Source: Laetmonice hystrix
Lineage: Eukaryota
NCBI GenBank assembly: GCA_965235115.1
Contig: OZ249443.1
Span: 17,112,001-17,176,000 of the forward strand
Direction of reading: 5' to 3'
DNA: 64,000 bases
Part shown: positions 23,559-37,492 of the stretch, in pieces
Layout of the letters: every line of letters starts with the position of its first letter
How positions within the stretch are numbered: the stretch's first letter is position 1
Made by a program: the position numbers and the translations under genes
The notes under the pieces: generated by a model
Databases searched by the model: none
The model's input: only the letters and a program-made list of their open reading frames with translations
What the model was told of the DNA's origin: nothing

Positions 23559-24544
23559 GTAAGCTATAGCCTTTACAAACATCTTAGAATAAACTCATTA
23601 AACATAGAGAAGGTCTTCAGTGGCCGGGTTACCTCCCTATGAGAACCCAGCACACAATGCAGCCTTGCTTATTGTGGCCTTCCGTATATTCATTTCATAA
23701 AGTACACTTCTTATGAATACTGATGATAATCTGAAGCAGTTTGATAATCATACTACCGGAATCTCATTTAAATGATAATCACATTTTTTTTCTTTTACCG
23801 CTCGGTGTATCGGAAACTTTTATACATTTTTCATTGTTTTCTTGATGAAATTCTGTTTCTATTTGAGTTCCCTCATTAGTTACAACATGACTGAGTTGAC
23901 CCAGTTAATCGCCGATAGGATCTTCATGTTATATTCTCTTTTAAGCTTACTTAATCTTTTTCTTCATTTGTAAAAATATGATGATGACAAATTTGTAAGT
24001 ACTACTACAATTAGGACACAATTCAGCTTTGAAAGCCAGCACGTAGGTGGGATTCCAAATTTACTATGCACGTCTCTTGTTGACTTTGATGAAATATGAA
24101 GATAATGGACGTACAGAGAACGATACGTCGAAGAACGCCTATCCCTACAAAAACATCCTTATACTACACAATCACTTTCGTCCTCGACGTGAGAACAAAA
24201 GGTTTCTACAGCAGAAAAAGACGTAAACTATGCTTGGATTAACATAGAGCACTCGATCATCAATGATTTCATTAGACCATAACTTACTTTGGATGACGCG
24301 AAATGTGATGGTAATGAGTCATCAAATTCCAATGTAATAATGGTGACGTCAAATAAAAATCTGTTTTGATTCTCAATAAATGAAGCCCCCTCTAGAATGA
24401 AGACAATACCCGGTACATAGTCCTTATCCAGTATACTACTTACAGAAACTTCGCAAAGTACTGTATATCTCACAGCAAAATACAACCCGAGTCTCCACCA
24501 CTGACACCTCACACCACCGTCAGCCTGTCACAGTTTCCCACGAA

Positions 24545-24901
24545 CCCTACAGGTGCCCGTCTCCCAGCCCCTACACCTACAGGTGCCCGTCTCCGCGCCC
24601 CTGGACCTACAGGTGCCCGTCTCCCAGCCCCTGCCCCTACAGGTGCCCGTCTCCCAGCCCCTGCCCCTACAGGTGCCCTTCTCCGCGCCCCTACACCTAC
24701 AGGTGCCCGTCTCCCAGGTCCTGCCCCTACAGGTGCCCTTCTCCGCGCCCCTACACCTACAGGTGCCCGTCTCCGTGCCCCTACACCTACAGGTGCCCGT
24801 CTCCGTGCCCCTACACCTACAGGTGCCCGTCTCCGTGCCCCTACACCTACAGGTGCCCGTCTCCGCACCCCTTTACCTACAGGTGCCCGTCTCCGCGCCC
24901 C
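24545..24901. repeat. Minisatellite, 30 bp unit, ~12 copies
   Basis: ctacacctacaggtgcccgtctccgtgccc and variants. Explains ORFs 24509..24868 and 24553..24921. Confidence 0.96.
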
Positions 24902-26227
24902 CTGGTTCTCTCACGCAATGATCCAGACGTCCTTGTCTGAAGATATCAGGCCTGTTTGTTAGGGAGGACGAGTTCATTACAAAGCGGAGGACAATCTGCT
25001 TCAAGCCTGATGCTCCACACTAAATTGACCAAAGTGGGCGACTGCGGGGAAGAGCTGGGCGGAGAGAGGGGGGTTGGTGCTGACAATGTCGGGACGGGCG
25101 ACTGTTGCCCTGCTGCCGCGTTTGATTGGTGCTTGTCTCCGCTAACCCGATTACCGTGGTCTGTTTCCTACCTCCCAGCCTGCTGCCCCCCCCCCCCCCA
25201 CCTCAATTACCACTTCCACCACCGACGCCCACCTACATAAACCACCATTTTTTAAATAAAGACCGGCCCTCTACATGTTACACACACTGTGTCCTCCCAG
25301 ACTTTTTTCGCATGAGTTCTTACATTGCGGCTGTGCCTTTCCTGTACAGGATTGAAAGTACCTGATTATGTAATCGAGTACGCATATACACGCTATACAA
25401 ATCCGCGCCACGAGCCCGTAAGCCAGACATGTTTTGTACTGTAAGCAACTGTTTCCCCCCTCGTTTGGCTGCTGTGATTTGACACATGTCACGATCACCT
25501 GCTTCATAAAGGCAGGAATCCTCAACTGAAGTAGGAAACTCAAGTGGTTCAGCAGGCCTGTCTGGCTAGACAGCTGGACCGATGATACAGCTGGCCGGTA
25601 CAGCTGACAAGGTGCCACAGCTGCCAAGGCAGTAGTTCTGGCCAGGAAGGAGATCGAGGTATGATACCTGGCTGGGTAACAAGGCTGGATTAGCTGGAGA
25701 GTAGAGTTGACACAATCCTGGAGAGTATAGAGTTGACACAATCCGACTTGTTTGAATTATTCCTAGTAACAGACAGCTGAACTCTATGCAATCAAAGAAT
25801 CCGACTTTCTACTTCCAACCCTATCATCTAATTATCTTCACGTAATTTGCCTTCATTTATAACCAGTGAGCGTACTAGAGCCTATGTGCGTTGCATCCTC
25901 AGCCACTTTAGTATAGCCAAATGTGGGCCTACTCAAGACTCCAGGATATCTGGCTCCCACAACACCTTGAAATATGACAGCCACGCAGCAGCCGATGCTA
26001 ACAGCTGCTAATGATGCGCCCTCCCGTCGCTGGTCAGGAATAACTCCAATAATTCACGTAATTCCTCGACACGCCGCCGTCAGCGTGAGCCAGGCGGTGT
26101 GATGACATGGTGAGGACGTGATGGGGTTGTCATTTGGTGACGTGGGACTGAGATTGTGCCAGTTGTCACGGTAGGATCCGTCGGTCTGGGGATGTGACGT
26201 GTCCTAACGGTGGTCGATGGGTCTGGT

Positions 26228-26252
26228 TAATGAAGATCACAGGATATGGCGG
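26228..26252. repeat. (GGC)n microsatellite, ~8 units
   Basis: ggcggcggcggcggcggcggcggcg. Confidence 0.9.
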
Positions 26253-27670
26253 CGGCGGCGGCGGCGGCGGCGGGGAGATCACACTGCTCCCACTTACACG
26301 CCATCCTCATATAATATCTATAACTTATACCTATAGGGTGACAACCATCGCAATCTCCTCCACAAATAAATCAATTTCTCACCTTTTAGATGCTCATAAT
26401 TTTATAAAGTCAATGCGGTACAGGCATCGATTGGAAAATATTGCGCAAATCACACAAACACGTGGGTATAAACATTGCTCGTTCTACCAGAACAGAAAAG
26501 CGAGGACGCCTTTCAAGAGCCGTTTCAGTTAGTTCTGTTTTTTTTTCGTCACGGACCTCTCCGTATAGACGTCTGAATCCTGGCTGGAAAACGAAGCCAC
26601 ACTTTCTCCCGAATCCAAAGTTTCAAAATACTGCCGTAAGCGTCACTCGGATATTAATCGCTTGTGGTTGAACGAACCAGAGCCTTGCCAATCCTAGAAC
26701 AATTTCCCATGCAACTCAGTGCGATTCAATGCGACGGACACATTCCTAGAATACCGTTTTTTTTTTCTTTAAAAAAAATAGAATACCGATAAGATAGACT
26801 GAAGTCGTAACAATGGAGGCGGTTTATTTACTTTGACATTATGTGATCTTTGTTTTACAAAATGGACTCGGTCAGCTGCCAGAGTTCATTGTGAGAGATG
26901 GGTATGACATCAGCCGGCTCTGAACACGCTGAGAACCAACACTCCAGGGTCCACAGTGATAAAAGTACTTTGGTCACTCATCAATAAAACTGAAATTTAA
27001 TGAGGGTGAAATCTTTATTTTGTTTTCCCTATGGCTTCTTAAAAGCCAGCAATGGTTATGGGGTTGACGAATGAAGATACACGGACCTTTCGGTGAGGTT
27101 ATTGGACCTGGCCCACCATCGACCGTGGCAATTGTGGGCCGTGACAAGATTGTAGATATGCGGATCTACAATCAAACCATGTTTGTGTGTTAAGTAAGAA
27201 CCAACATGCTCAACTCTCCCGCTGATTTCTCCTGGGACACTCACAACGTCTTCAGAAAGCCATATGCCCCTGACTGTTACCCTCAACTGGTCTCAATAGC
27301 TCAGGGGGTTTCCCGCCATATCCTCCAGTGTGTATCTCCAGTAAAAGCTGCGACTTCCTCCTTTTCCACTCCCAATCCCACAAGGCAATCCTTCATGTTG
27401 GCTTTCAGTTAGAGGCTACCGACTTCATCTTTATGCCTTGCTCACCCCGCCCTAGTGCTAATAAAACCTGACTGCTGCTCACAAGGCGGGTAGTGTTGAC
27501 CAAGCCAGGGCTCCGGTTTGGGCTGGGCTAGCAGAAGCTGGGCAATGAAGAGGTGATATTTGGACAGGCCTATCACACCAACGGTACCTTGGGTGTCTGT
27601 CACCAGGTCCCACACAGATCTCTCTACGACTGCTGCTAATCCGCTTCTCTCTCCGACCCCGGCCCTCCCA

Positions 27671-28030
27671 CACGCTACAGTATAGCACGGCGCCTGACTG
27701 ACACATAACACACTTGTCCAGTTACCCCTGCCACCCACTACAGTACAGCACGGCGCCTGACTGACACATAACACACTTGTCCAGTTACCCCTCCCACCCA
27801 CTACAGTATAGCACGGCGCCTGACTGACACATAACACACTTGTCCAGTTACCCCTCCCACCCACTACAGTACAGCACGGCGCCTGACTGACACATAACAC
27901 ACTTGTCCAGTTACCCCTCCCACCCACTACAGTATAGCACGGCGCCTGACTGACACATATCATACTTGTCCAGTTACCCCTCCCGCCCACTACAATATAG
28001 CACGGCGCCTGACTGACACATAACACATTT
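27671..28030. repeat. Minisatellite, 63 bp unit, ~6 copies
   Basis: ctacagtatagcacggcgcctgactgacacataacacacttgtccagttacccctcccaccca. Explains ORF 27442..28026. Confidence 0.95.
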
Positions 28031-30188
28031 TGTCCAATTACTCCTCCACTTGGGCTTCACAATCCACGGCAAACAACCTGTTTGCGAGAGTCGTACAAGG
28101 TATATCACAACTGAGAACCCACAGGGAAAACAGGAAAAGTGTCACAAAAGATTATTAACCATTTTTAATTATTTTTATTGTTTTTTTCATTACTCAAACT
28201 TTGAGCTTTTACACCCAGCTGGGAAATCAAATAAGAATCAATAAAGGGTGGTATGCTAAATTAAACAAAGGTGGGGGAAAAGTTGTTTTTTTTCTTATTT
28301 GTCCAAAACATTTGCACAGTCCTTGCAGCTCTGCATTATATTTCTTCTCTCATTTTGTTGACAAGGAAGGTCTCGACATCTACCGAAGCCTTGAATTCCT
28401 TCAGGATGGCTCAGCAATGAACGAGGCGCCAAACAATTATCCCCAGCCCGTAATCCCGACATGGGCGTGAATGCCAAAGTCAAAGACCACGTCCAAATAA
28501 AGCCTGTCGTGAATTCTTCCATGTCACAGAACAAGAATGATTGCCAATCAGAAAATATCTCTCTAACTCTCTCCCTTTCTGTGCAACTGCATTTCTTTAA
28601 TACGCCAGATACGCCTTCCTTTCAAATCATAATTTTTACGGTGACTGTTGAAAATCTTGTTGATAAGATTTTCTCATTAATGACGTCGATGACTTCATTC
28701 ATGCCATTCTGACGACGCAGTGCCATTTTGTCGAGAAGTTCAGCCTAGATTACGTCTTCACTCAGGGTGGTGTCATTTCTCAACAGGCCGTTAAATCACC
28801 GTACCGGTTTTATAAACGACGGAAACTGTGATAACGTGCGTTTCTAACTGCAAAACAAACTGAACTGAGTGGAGAAGTAACCATTTATCACGGAGTGGGT
28901 GTAACTTTATCAGCAAGAGATATTTATCTGAAAATTGCAAGTAGGATTTGGCCACAGCTGATTACTAACTTATGCGTTGCTGGGAAGGCGAGCTCGACAC
29001 GTTTCTCAGCCTTCAGGTAACACTTGGCTAACCGACCGCTGTCCCACCTCTCACTCCACCAGCCACAACTCCCTACCAGCCAAATAATGCAGAAGGCACA
29101 ACTTCTGTTGTACAATCTGCGATTACATACAGGGTGGGCCAAAAGTAGGTATAGACTTGACAGTGTACAGCCATTCAACAACTGTATACCTATTTTTGGC
29201 CCAAACGCATGAGTTTCTTTCCACCCCGACTGTTGACACCGACTCACTACTTGTTCGGTAGAGGTCAACAGTTTACACAGTTTACTGAAGTTTCCCGGTA
29301 CTTCAACCCCTGTAGACTTCATTTCTGATTGTTCTGAGGTCTGAGTTCTGAGTTTCAAAGCACGCTGTACCAACGACGGTGTTGATTTAGGGGTGGTGTA
29401 TAGCGTATTACTGTTATGCTGATAGGGCCATCGATGATCCACGATCCTCAAACCCCACTGCCCCGTGTTAGCTCCCGACACTAGTGATAAAGCTCCAATG
29501 GTGCACTGAGATTATTGGCGACCTTCCAGGGCTCGCACTCAGGAGAAGAAGCGTTGCAAGCTGAGATGATATTATGACAAGCCAGACAGACGAACCCTTT
29601 CTGTTAAATCAAAGTGAGGCGGCCGATACATGTGCCATCATGGCGGGGCGGTGGTGGTCAGGTTGGTAGCCATGCAGTCCCAGCAGTGGCGGTGGTGGTA
29701 GCAGCTTAGCTATACCGGCTATGGTTGGCGATCATCGTGCCCACGTCACTTCTATCGTACAGGACATTTCATTTCCTCCACTCTCGGTCCCTCTTTAGAC
29801 CGTGTGTTGGGTCGGTCTGGGCGACAACTGGGAGGTGTTTTTTGACCAGTGGTAACCATTCAACGCCCACTCCCACTAGCCCCAACCCACACTGACTGAC
29901 TGGTTTTCACCATCTTCTCCCGCTCTGCCTCCACTCTCCCACTCTCTCTTCTCCTCACAGCTATTTCCGGTCTCCTATCATATTACACGCTGCACAAAAA
30001 AACTGAAATCAGGACCAGAACTTTTGTAGATTGCAAGATGAAACGTGAGTCAGAATCATAGTACTGCCATGACAGAATGGCTTGGCAAGATTTGTACCAA
30101 ATGTTGAACCCGAAGATCGCATACAATCCTTCAAATTTACGCCCACCAAATGGAACCCTATGGGGACCGATTCCATGGCGCAGGAGAT

Positions 30189-30830
30189 CTGGCGTCTAGA
30201 CTAGAAGATCTCTGTCTAAGTTAAACATACGTCGACAGGAAAGGGACCCATCAAGTGATCTGGCGTCTCAGACTAGAAGATCTCTGTCTAAGTTAAACAT
30301 ACGTCGACAGGAAAGGGACCCATCAAGTTATCTGGCGTCTCAGACTTGAAGATCTCTGTCTAAGTTAAACATACATTGACAGGAAAGGGACCCATCAAGT
30401 GATCTGGCGTCCCAGACTAGAAGATCTCTGTCTAAGTTAAACATACATCGACAGGAAAGGGACCCATCAAGTGATCTGGCGTCCCAGACTAGAAGATCTC
30501 TGTCTAAGTTAAACATACATCGACAGGAAAGGGACCCATCAAGTGATCTGGCGTCTCAGACTTGAAGATCTCTGTCTAAGTTAAACATACATCGACAGGA
30601 AAGGGACCCATCAAGTGATCTGGCGTCTCAGACTTGAAGATCTCTGTCTAAGTTAAACACACATCGACAGGAAAGGGACCCATCAAGTGATCGGGCGTCT
30701 CAGACTAGAAGAGCTCTGTCTAAGTTAAACAGACATCGACAGGAAAGGGACCCATCAAGTGATCTGGCGTCCCAGACTAGAAGATCTCTGTCTAAGTTAA
30801 ACATACATCGACAGGAAAGGGACCCATCAA
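30189..30830. repeat. Minisatellite, 72 bp unit, ~9 copies
   Basis: gatctggcgtctcagactagaagatctctgtctaagttaaacatacatcgacaggaaagggacccatcaagt. Confidence 0.97.
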
Positions 30831-33800
30831 GCGATCGCTTCACTTCACGTAATATAATGGCTGCATGAGCGTGTACTATTATCTTGTTGAGTTTGGAGTG
30901 TTTCTGAAGAGCACTCGACACTTGACGTCCGGGGGTATCATGGAAGGTTCCCTGGCTCCTGCTAATGATGACTGCGAGTAGGGGTGAGTTTGTTGGGATG
31001 TGTTGTTCCCCGCCTGATTTACAATCAGTGGGTGTTAGCAAGGACGAGAAAACGACAGCCCTGGGTGTGAGTGATGGAGAGGGTTTCATGGCGGGTGTGC
31101 CCTGCCATCTCAACAAGGGAATAAATCAACAGAACCAGGTCCAACCCACTGTGTGCCTTTAACAAACCAGTGTATCTATCTCTGTGTGCTCCGAGCACGG
31201 CAAGGTAATACATCGTGCTGCAGATGGTACGAAGCGTGCTGCTGGGTATAATGTTGGAATTATCAGTCCCGATATGGGAAACTGATAGAGATCGCAGGAT
31301 ATCACATACAAGATGTCACGCATTCAACAGGGGGAAATATGTCGATTATGGTGTAAAGTTCAGCGTCATTGCCGCCGTAATATAGGCATTGAGTATATCA
31401 TCTCGGCTATTAACTGTCGTTTGCCATGCACGCGGGAACGAATCTCATATCTCTATCCGGGAGTCGATTGGATGAGCATCCATGGGATGAGAAAAAAAAA
31501 CAATGAAAGATCGTGTGGAGAGATATGAATAAATTGGAAGTGTGCATGCAATGGGTCACAGCGGTAGTGGTTTTCTGGGCGAGTCTGGGAAGACTGGAAT
31601 CTGGCACAACAGGAAGCCCTCTCAGCCCACTCACATAACCCACAACCCCTGCACCCCACCATTCCCCAACCCTTGTGTTTCTATGGTTACCAGGTTATAC
31701 TAGAGGTAAGGATCCTCCTGTTGGAATCCCGGTGTATTGTGAGACAGGCACGGCTGCATCACCTTACCTCTTGACCTGTTTTATAGTAATCTACAATCCG
31801 TTATCATTATAGAGTTTCCCGCCAGCCACAATTTGTTTCCATGAGATTACATTCAGCCATGATGTATGCCATTCTTCCTCAATCCCATTAACCCGAACCG
31901 AACAGCTAACAATGTCAGATTAAACTTCCTTATATCGTATATTCCCAGTCACTTATTGCATAAAAAGATCAATCAGTTAGCCGGAACAGCGAACCGCATT
32001 ACAAAACATTTTGACTATTAGTATTACAGCAGAACAGGGGAAAAGGCAAGTTCTCTATACCAAGCTGCCAGGGGGAATTGATGTCAAACTTGACATCAAA
32101 AGTTGGGAAAGGGGGACACGCTGATCGCCGTCGGCTGACGGATATGGCACGTAATGCACATCGTTCCCAGGCCCCCAAAACATTACCTGTCTTTGAAAGT
32201 ATTACCTGCATCAATAAATTTACCTGATTGGTCAGTTTTTACCGAAAGCTCAGACTGGAACCGCTACCATACGATTAGACCACCACTTTAACATTGGAAG
32301 TTTCCTATTATATATAGAGCCATTCTTTTACTGGGGTGCTTCACAAGTAAAACAGCACGCTTCGATACGGTGAATAGCCTGTCAATCAAATATTTAACAA
32401 ATGTCTGCTTTCATAGCAACGGGGAAAAACTGAGGGCCATGAACCAAACCTTAGCAACCAAGTCATCAAGTTCTGTGCGTAAATACTATCACATCCATCG
32501 TTATAACAATTACCTAGATAAGTCTATCACCGACTGCAATTTCCTAGTTCATCACCGTCACAACTTACAGCTCCCCAAAGTAACGACATTACTTGTTGCA
32601 ATTACCTACACAAGCCATCACTTCTTGCAATTACCCACGTGATTCACTGGCCATCAGGTCTCTCCTTCATTACTTTCTCACTCAAAAAATGGACAAGATT
32701 GCCTTCATTCCGGTCACGACCACCAACTCAACCTGGTAACAGAGGGACACACAAAACTCTGGTAACATATGCACAGGATCATCCCATAGATAAACAAATA
32801 TCAATCTTTAATATGTCAGTCTTCTATATCTGGGAAATCAATTGCCCCTCGGGCCAACGTGTAGGCCCCTATAGATACCACTGCGAACAACGTAAAAGTG
32901 GTAGTTTGAAAGGCAAAAGAACCAAACTGTAGATGGATTAGTTGTTTCTAAGGGGTTCAGACTTGTGGGTCAGCCAGTGGATTTATCAGGCGCGGCTATC
33001 AATTTGTCAGGAACGATGAATTCCTGTATGAGTACCAAGAGGAAAGAGAGGTCAGTGAGGTGTGACTTGAGGCGAGTTGGCGAGGTCCTTCCTGGGACTA
33101 TGGAGACGGCTCAGTGACCTGTCCCATTTCTCACTCTCTTCTCCCGGTGTCTGGCACGGCTGGGGAGAAAGAAATGGGCGACCTGTGGCCTCCAAAAGAG
33201 AACAAGCAGTCTCCAGCCTCCTGGTACTAGATACCCGCTGCAACTTCTGCTGTGCTCAGTACCAGCACGTCATTCTACTGGGTATTTATCACAGTCACAC
33301 TGGTGTGGTAAATGCTCGATGGCCTCCATGTCCCCACCACCCCCTCCCAAATTTTCCACCAGTCACCAAAAAGTCATAATGCTAAAAACAAACTCTTCAT
33401 TTCAACATTTACGCTTTGTGAAAATTAAGCCCAGTTCTCTATATTAGTTTCTTATCTATAGACACACCGTCAGCCGGAGTGGCTCAGTGTCCTGTTCGCC
33501 ACCAATACGTATTAATCTTGATACCATTAACTTCTTGGGATCGACGTCCACAGAAAGGGTCGCGCGATTTTTAGGGATGTTTGCAAAACCATCTCTCGTC
33601 GTAATGTTAATCCATACGCTTGGTTAAACCCAAATGGCGATGTGTGGCCTCCAGGGCCACATTCCCTGATGAAGGCAACGCGTCTTTTTTCTTCATCTTC
33701 TTTTTTTATCCTTTCAGCCTTGCAGTAGGTATCCTGAAGCAGGGAGCAACTTTCTATGGTGCAATACTATGCAGAACCCTACAATCTCGTACACGCAAAC

Positions 33801-34968
33801 CCTTCAGGCACGTATCCACCAATGACTCCTACAAGTCCTCGGAATTTCAAACACCTCTTCGAAACTACCCCTCTTATATAATGCAGCGAGCACCCTAATA
33901 TCAGTTCCTAACATTTTTTGCAGTGTTCCCAGCCTGAAGTTCATCAGGTGAGCCGAAAAAAGAGCATCATTACAGGGGCCTCAGCAATGCGTGCGTCCAC
34001 TGCATGGAAGCGACTCTGGATGTTCTCCACAGTCGGGATCTATAAACACCGACCACCATCTTCTCTTAAGTTCTCCTAGGTTTCCTGCAAGAATAAAAGT
34101 CGGTCCTTCCAACAAGACCAATAAGGCATCTGCCTGCCCTAAGGACCATACAAATTAGGCTCCTTACCTCTGGCCCTTTAATGCCGCCGGTAAGGCGGTA
34201 GGTTTCTGGTTCACTGGACTGATATGCTGCAATAATGCCATAAAGGGGTTGTAATTGGATTTGGCCATCCACCTGGGCCGGCCACCTTTTAGTGGCCTGA
34301 TAATGGTTAGCTAAAGAGTTGAGCACACCCAACCCAACCTCATCCTACTGGCATCCTGTCAGCCATCCACCTTTGCTCATAATGACAGTCCATGTGAGCC
34401 CCTGTGACCTTCTCCTGCTCTTGTATTGACAAAGACTCGAATTTCGCTGTTTTTTTATTGATTTTGGTTGCGCCACATACGAGCGTAGGAACCGAACTTA
34501 TTTCAAGTTGTCTGTTGTCTACAAGCAAACTCCTATAATACCTACTCATGAATTAACTATGGAATCTAACTCTTCAGAATTTTATCAAAAATGGTTGATT
34601 ATTGTAGCAACAAAAGACTACTGACCTGCCACTCCTATGCTGGTCCTGATGATGGTTTGACGTTTTATTCACAGAGAGAGCAGTGTTGGGTTGGGTGTTC
34701 GTACTGGTGGCGCCAACTGTGCCCTGACCTCCAGCGCCCCCGTGTTGCGAAGAGTTGGAGGCGGGTACCGGCATGGTGTAAGTGTACGTGGCTGGTTTTG
34801 GCCCAACACTTGCGCTGCCGGTAGACCCGCGGGCGGCCAGCATGGAGCTACGGGTCGCCTTGAGAACAGTGACCGGCTTGCCCTCCGACCACACCACATA
34901 CATACTCTCCTTCTTTCCCCGGTTCATGATAAAAACGTAAATCCTCGGCGCCCAGTTCTGTCTCGTCA

Positions 34969-35135
34969 TATATCCGTCAATGAGTGATAATTGGGTATAT
35001 TCTATATCCGTCAATCAGTGAAAATTGGGGTATAATCTACATCCGTCAATGAGTGATAAATGTGATATATTCTATATCCATCGAAGAGTGATAATTTGGG
35101 TACACTCAACATCCGCCAAGGAGTGATGATTGGTG
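34969..35135. repeat. Degenerate tandem repeat, ~33-35 bp unit, ~5 copies
   Basis: tatatccgtcaatgagtgataattgggtatattc with progressive divergence. Confidence 0.8.
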
Positions 35136-37492
35136 TGTATACTCCACGGGACATCACATGTAGCAGAAATCACATGGCATCTGGTATGGTCCTTCCTCCG
35201 GTAATTCAACATTTATTTAAGGCGTTGACGATCCCATGGTAGCATGTTTCAGCAGTAGTATACAAATCACAGGGGAAGCTCAATAAAACGACTGTTACCA
35301 ATCAACACGCTATTCATAACAAGGCGTTTGTTGAGATATCGGAGCACTCCTGTAAGTCCTTGATCCTACACGAGAACACCTCCTGATCCAACTGTCCTCT
35401 TGTTGTCAGCGCCTCTGGCATCGCAGCCACACAACCTGTAAACGTCCTAAATTAGGTCCGGCTACACGAGCAGCTTCAAGTCCCATCACAAAACACTCTC
35501 AGACTTCACGCTGACCCTGGACAGTCCCCAACCTTTGTTGGTAAATCCCCATGTCCCAAACCCTTCGGAGAGATGGGGATCCGTTATACCTCCTCCTCCT
35601 CACAGAAAAGGTGGAGTGGGGGGAAGGTAACTGAGGTTTTAAAAAAGGCTGTGTCCCAGAACAGTACGAGAGGGTACACATGTGTCGTCCGCCCAGCGGT
35701 TGGACAGGAGTGCTAGCAACCCGGGCGACAACAATAAAGGGAGAAGTCAAGTACAAGTCTCTGTTGTGGAGAACTGTAAGTTTAATACGGTAGAGACCGG
35801 TGACAGGTGGTTATCATATTAAACGTACAATTACTCTCTTGACCCCCCTTTATTATCATCCCCCGGTTTGCTAGCCCCCCTGTCCAACCGCCGGGTAGAC
35901 GACAAGTGGTGGAGAACCCGGGTATATATCTGATCCGTGTACGGCCTCTGCTCCTCCGACCAAAATAACTGCAGGGAGCCTGCTGAGAAGTGTTGCTAAC
36001 AGTACGCACACAGAAAACTTGATAAAACACATCGCCGATATCTGTACACATTATTAAACAGTGGCTTTGTTCCACTGTCGGCACAACTAATATCTCGTCA
36101 GACACTCTACAGCCCTGGCATACTGGGATTTACATGTATCTACGCCCGAAAGCAAACGAGAAAATGATATGATGAAATGACGCAACTTGAGCGATATCAT
36201 ACATGATGTATTCCTCCGCCCTGAAAATTCCCGTTCTCCCGCGCCTGGGACCCACGAGTCTTGAGCCAGGAGTATAGGACGCGACTAACCTTGTGACCCT
36301 ACGACCCCACGACCCCGGACTTGGACAGCAACAATCCTGACTGATGTACAAGAGTGCAGTGACGACTGTTGGAGCGGGGAAGAGGGGGAGGGGGTGGGGG
36401 AGGGGGTCCAGTAGTTGCCACGTAAGCCATGTCTAATCCTTCAGAAATCCCTGCCATAAATACCACCACATTTTCACAGCTCCTGGCACGCATTCAGAGG
36501 GCCAGAGATCAGTGCTCTCTGTCAGCTCCTTGCCATCTTTCAGCCAGCCACCAGACGCCCCCTCCCCCCCCCCCCCCCCCCTCGCCCCCCAGCCCCCTCC
36601 CCCGCCCTCCGATCCCTCCTCATGCACTCATCCTTAGGTATTTGTACAGTCGGTGTTTGAAGGGTGACCAAAGCCCACAGCTCTGAGTTGATCCCCTCCC
36701 AACAACAACGAATATCACTAAGATATCTCATCTCCCAGGCCTTAACTCTGCTCGTTTCGGACCTCCCTCCCCCATCCACAGATAACCGTGCGCCCCACGG
36801 AGTGGCAATTATAGAATCGATCTTATCCCTAAAATATTGTGTCATTAGAGACAGAGCTTAGGAAATGCCTAGTGATGGCGTTACTTGCTGTCCAGCATTG
36901 CTCCGTGATGTGCATAACGTCAAGCAAGCGATAAGTCCGCTAGATACCGAGGACTTCTGTTGACGTCCTTCATTCTATTTGATAAATCAATGAGGATTAC
37001 CCTCGGAGCTGCCGACTTACAGCACTTGTCTAATTACTTATGATGTAAATAAAATTACTAATCTTGCATCTGTGCTGGGTCTTTTTTTCTTCTCCTAATA
37101 TTTAATCTAACACTGATAAACAAGCCATCAGTTAGAGTCAATGAACCAGCCTTATCTAAACGTGACCTATCTCTATAACAGTGTCCAGGGTGTCCACTTA
37201 GATAGGGGAACTCCAGCATCACTTACAACTTCCCAACCCCCGGAACTATGGCATCCTGGAAGAATCCAGGGATGTTCCCACCTTCTCCATCACCAACCAA
37301 TTAAGGAAAGTGACAAATTAACGGCACTCACACCGTGGGGCTGGTTTTTTAAGGAGCTCCATGTTCCTTAAAGACTCCGCGATGGGGCGCTACAGTTATT
37401 ACACGGTCGTGACGTCACAGGTTTTAGGGTATCACGAATGGTGACGCGGTACTCACCAGGGTATGTTACATACATTAATGCCTAAACCTCGT

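Noticed and set aside
23640-24480. Possible reverse-transcriptase relic (LSHVVTNEGTQIETE on minus; KYDDDK on plus)
   Set aside because: The motifs are on opposite strands with wrong spacing, and there is no intact YxDD context.
28924-29481. 185-aa non-repetitive ORF
   Set aside because: No recognisable domain or splice context, and roughly one ORF of this length is expected by chance in six frames of 64 kb.
31100-31165. GTQWVGPG resembling a PLA2 calcium-binding loop
   Set aside because: No downstream DxxCxxHD catalytic motif, and the frame closes.
34169-34227. 59-nt minus-strand exon candidate (ttattgcag|...CCAGAG|gtaagg)
   Set aside because: Splice signals are plausible, but the peptide does not match EVI5 and the length is not frame-preserving.
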